Source of the DNA: Amoebidium appalachense
Taxonomy: Eukaryota > Protista > Ichthyosporea
Length of the DNA stretch: 64,000 nucleotides
Assembly (NCBI GenBank): GCA_963693365.1
Contig: CAVNZM010000005.1
Coordinates: forward strand, 8,130,710 to 8,194,709
Reading direction: 5' to 3'
Shown: piece by piece, positions 62,512-64,000 of the stretch
Numbering within the stretch: position 1 is the stretch's first letter
How the letters are laid out: each line of letters opens with the position of its first letter
The notes under the pieces: generated by a model
Database searches by the model: none
Seen by the model: only the letters and a program-made list of their open reading frames with translations
What the model was told of the DNA's origin: nothing
Made by a program: the position numbers and the translations under genes

Positions 62512-63048
62512 CGTGCCGGTTGCTGCCTGCCCTGCGCCCTGTGTGTGATATGTGCCCTGTTCCCTGTGTCTCTATGCTCAATCGACGCTCCCTGCCACTC
62601 CTACCGAATGTCTGCGTGAGCTATAGTGACTGTGCAGGCTGCGCCGGCCCGCCTCTTTTACCCCCGGTCAATGTGGGCACCCGCCGGCGGGTGCCCACAC
62701 GATCGCCGCCAAAATCTGTCGCCAATTAGTAAACCAGTGGGTACCCACACCCCCAAAAAAACTGTATATATATCCTTGGGGGGGTTTACGCTGTTTACTC
62801 GAGGCAAAGAGAACCAGTCTCAGGTATGGGGGGGGGGGGGTTTGCTCGGAATATCCCCTCAGCGGTATATCATGATCACGTACATAGATGTCGGGTGGTG
62901 ACTATATATCAGGGTTTACTTTCTCTACGAGACACCATAAAGACTACAAGGAGAAATCAATTAGTTGGGGTTCCCCGTTTTTTTTTTTTTTTTTTTTTTT
63001 TTTGTTTTTTTTAAAGGGGCTCCCCTCGGGACACTCGGTATCAGCTGG

Positions 63049-63089
<41 letters not shown>

Positions 63090-64000
63090 TGTGTGTGTGT
63101 GCGCGTGCGCTATAATTTTGTAGTGTTGTGTTTCTCAAGCCAATCAATACATCTAATAAACAGGTCGTAGTTACGCGTGTTTAGTATAAAATCAAGGATG
63201 TTGTAATTTATATCCTTGAGGAGTCTTTCCGCTCGCAGGGGAAGAGTGGGTGCAAAACCTATGGTTGTAACATGAAGTAAACAAACAAAAGCCATGGCGG
63301 CTAGTGTTTATTTGAGGGTTTATTAATGAGTTATATGATTTTTTCGATCACCAAAATACAGTATACTTTTGGGACTCGTCTGACTAGCCAAACATAGGCG
63401 TTCGACTGAAGATCTGGATCCAAACAACGTGAGGTTGTGCTCGGGATCCGGCCCCGCTCCCTTCCATCTACCAGTATCCCTACGTGCTTTTCTTGCACCT
63501 TTCAAATAAAGCCAAAAAAGGTTACAAAAGCAAAGAAGCCTGGCGACAGCCACTTAGAGAAGTGAAAAGTCACGCCTCAGTCATGGCGGATTCCGCAGCT
63601 GTCGGTTTGGGTCCTGTTGTGTTTTGGGCAAGGCCTCCTAAATAGCACACCTTTGGGTGCCGTTTTGCACGCGGGAGTGATATTAGTACACATAAAAATA
63701 AAAAAGAGTAAGAGTAATTTCCCATGTGTATATATCTGATTCGAAAGCAAAACCTTGCTTACATGTGCTAACACTTCTCCTAACCTTGCCGTCAGCAGCA
63801 TGTACCAAGGGAGGAACGGCATTATGGTGTTCTATCTTTGGTTCCATTGGCTCTCAAGGCACCAACACTGTGTATACAACTGCCCAAACATGGGTTTAGT
63901 AAACAAACTCACGGTTCTTGACCTACGGTAGGCGTTGTTCAGACCGTTCATTCACGATGTAAGGCCTTCTTGACCCGACCCATGCACACGTATATGTCTA

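Overview
Eukaryotic nuclear DNA with GC-rich exons and many short spliceosomal introns. The introns have GT donors, a CTGAC/CTAAC-type branch point 10-20 nt before the AG, and G-runs, (GT)n tracts or minisatellites instead of a polypyrimidine tract. From left to right: a disrupted intron-containing Plavaka (CMC/CACTA-like) transposase (-); a TMEM104/SLC38-like amino-acid transporter (+); a mitochondrial-type IF-3 (-); a ~26 kb VPS13 gene with roughly 95-100 exons (+); a circularly permuted ATP-grasp-like enzyme of unknown function (+); an 8.2 kb nest of three Helitron-type elements; and a beta-arrestin-like gene with PY motifs and a UIM-like tail (-). The Helitron nest is the most striking structure. 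Its elements are joined tail-to-tail and head-to-head, all end in a hairpin followed by CTTG, and one carries an intact intronless tandem-OB-fold/SSB-like ORF next to a Pif1 helicase remnant. Removing the middle element rebuilds the family's own 5' end, which suggests self-targeted insertion. The combination of Plavaka, a beta-type arrestin and this intron style suggests a unicellular holozoan such as an ichthyosporean (Amoebidium-like), but that is inference only. Most ORFs in the supplied track are artefacts of microsatellites or poly-G. Gene models and family assignments were made by eye; no database searches were run.
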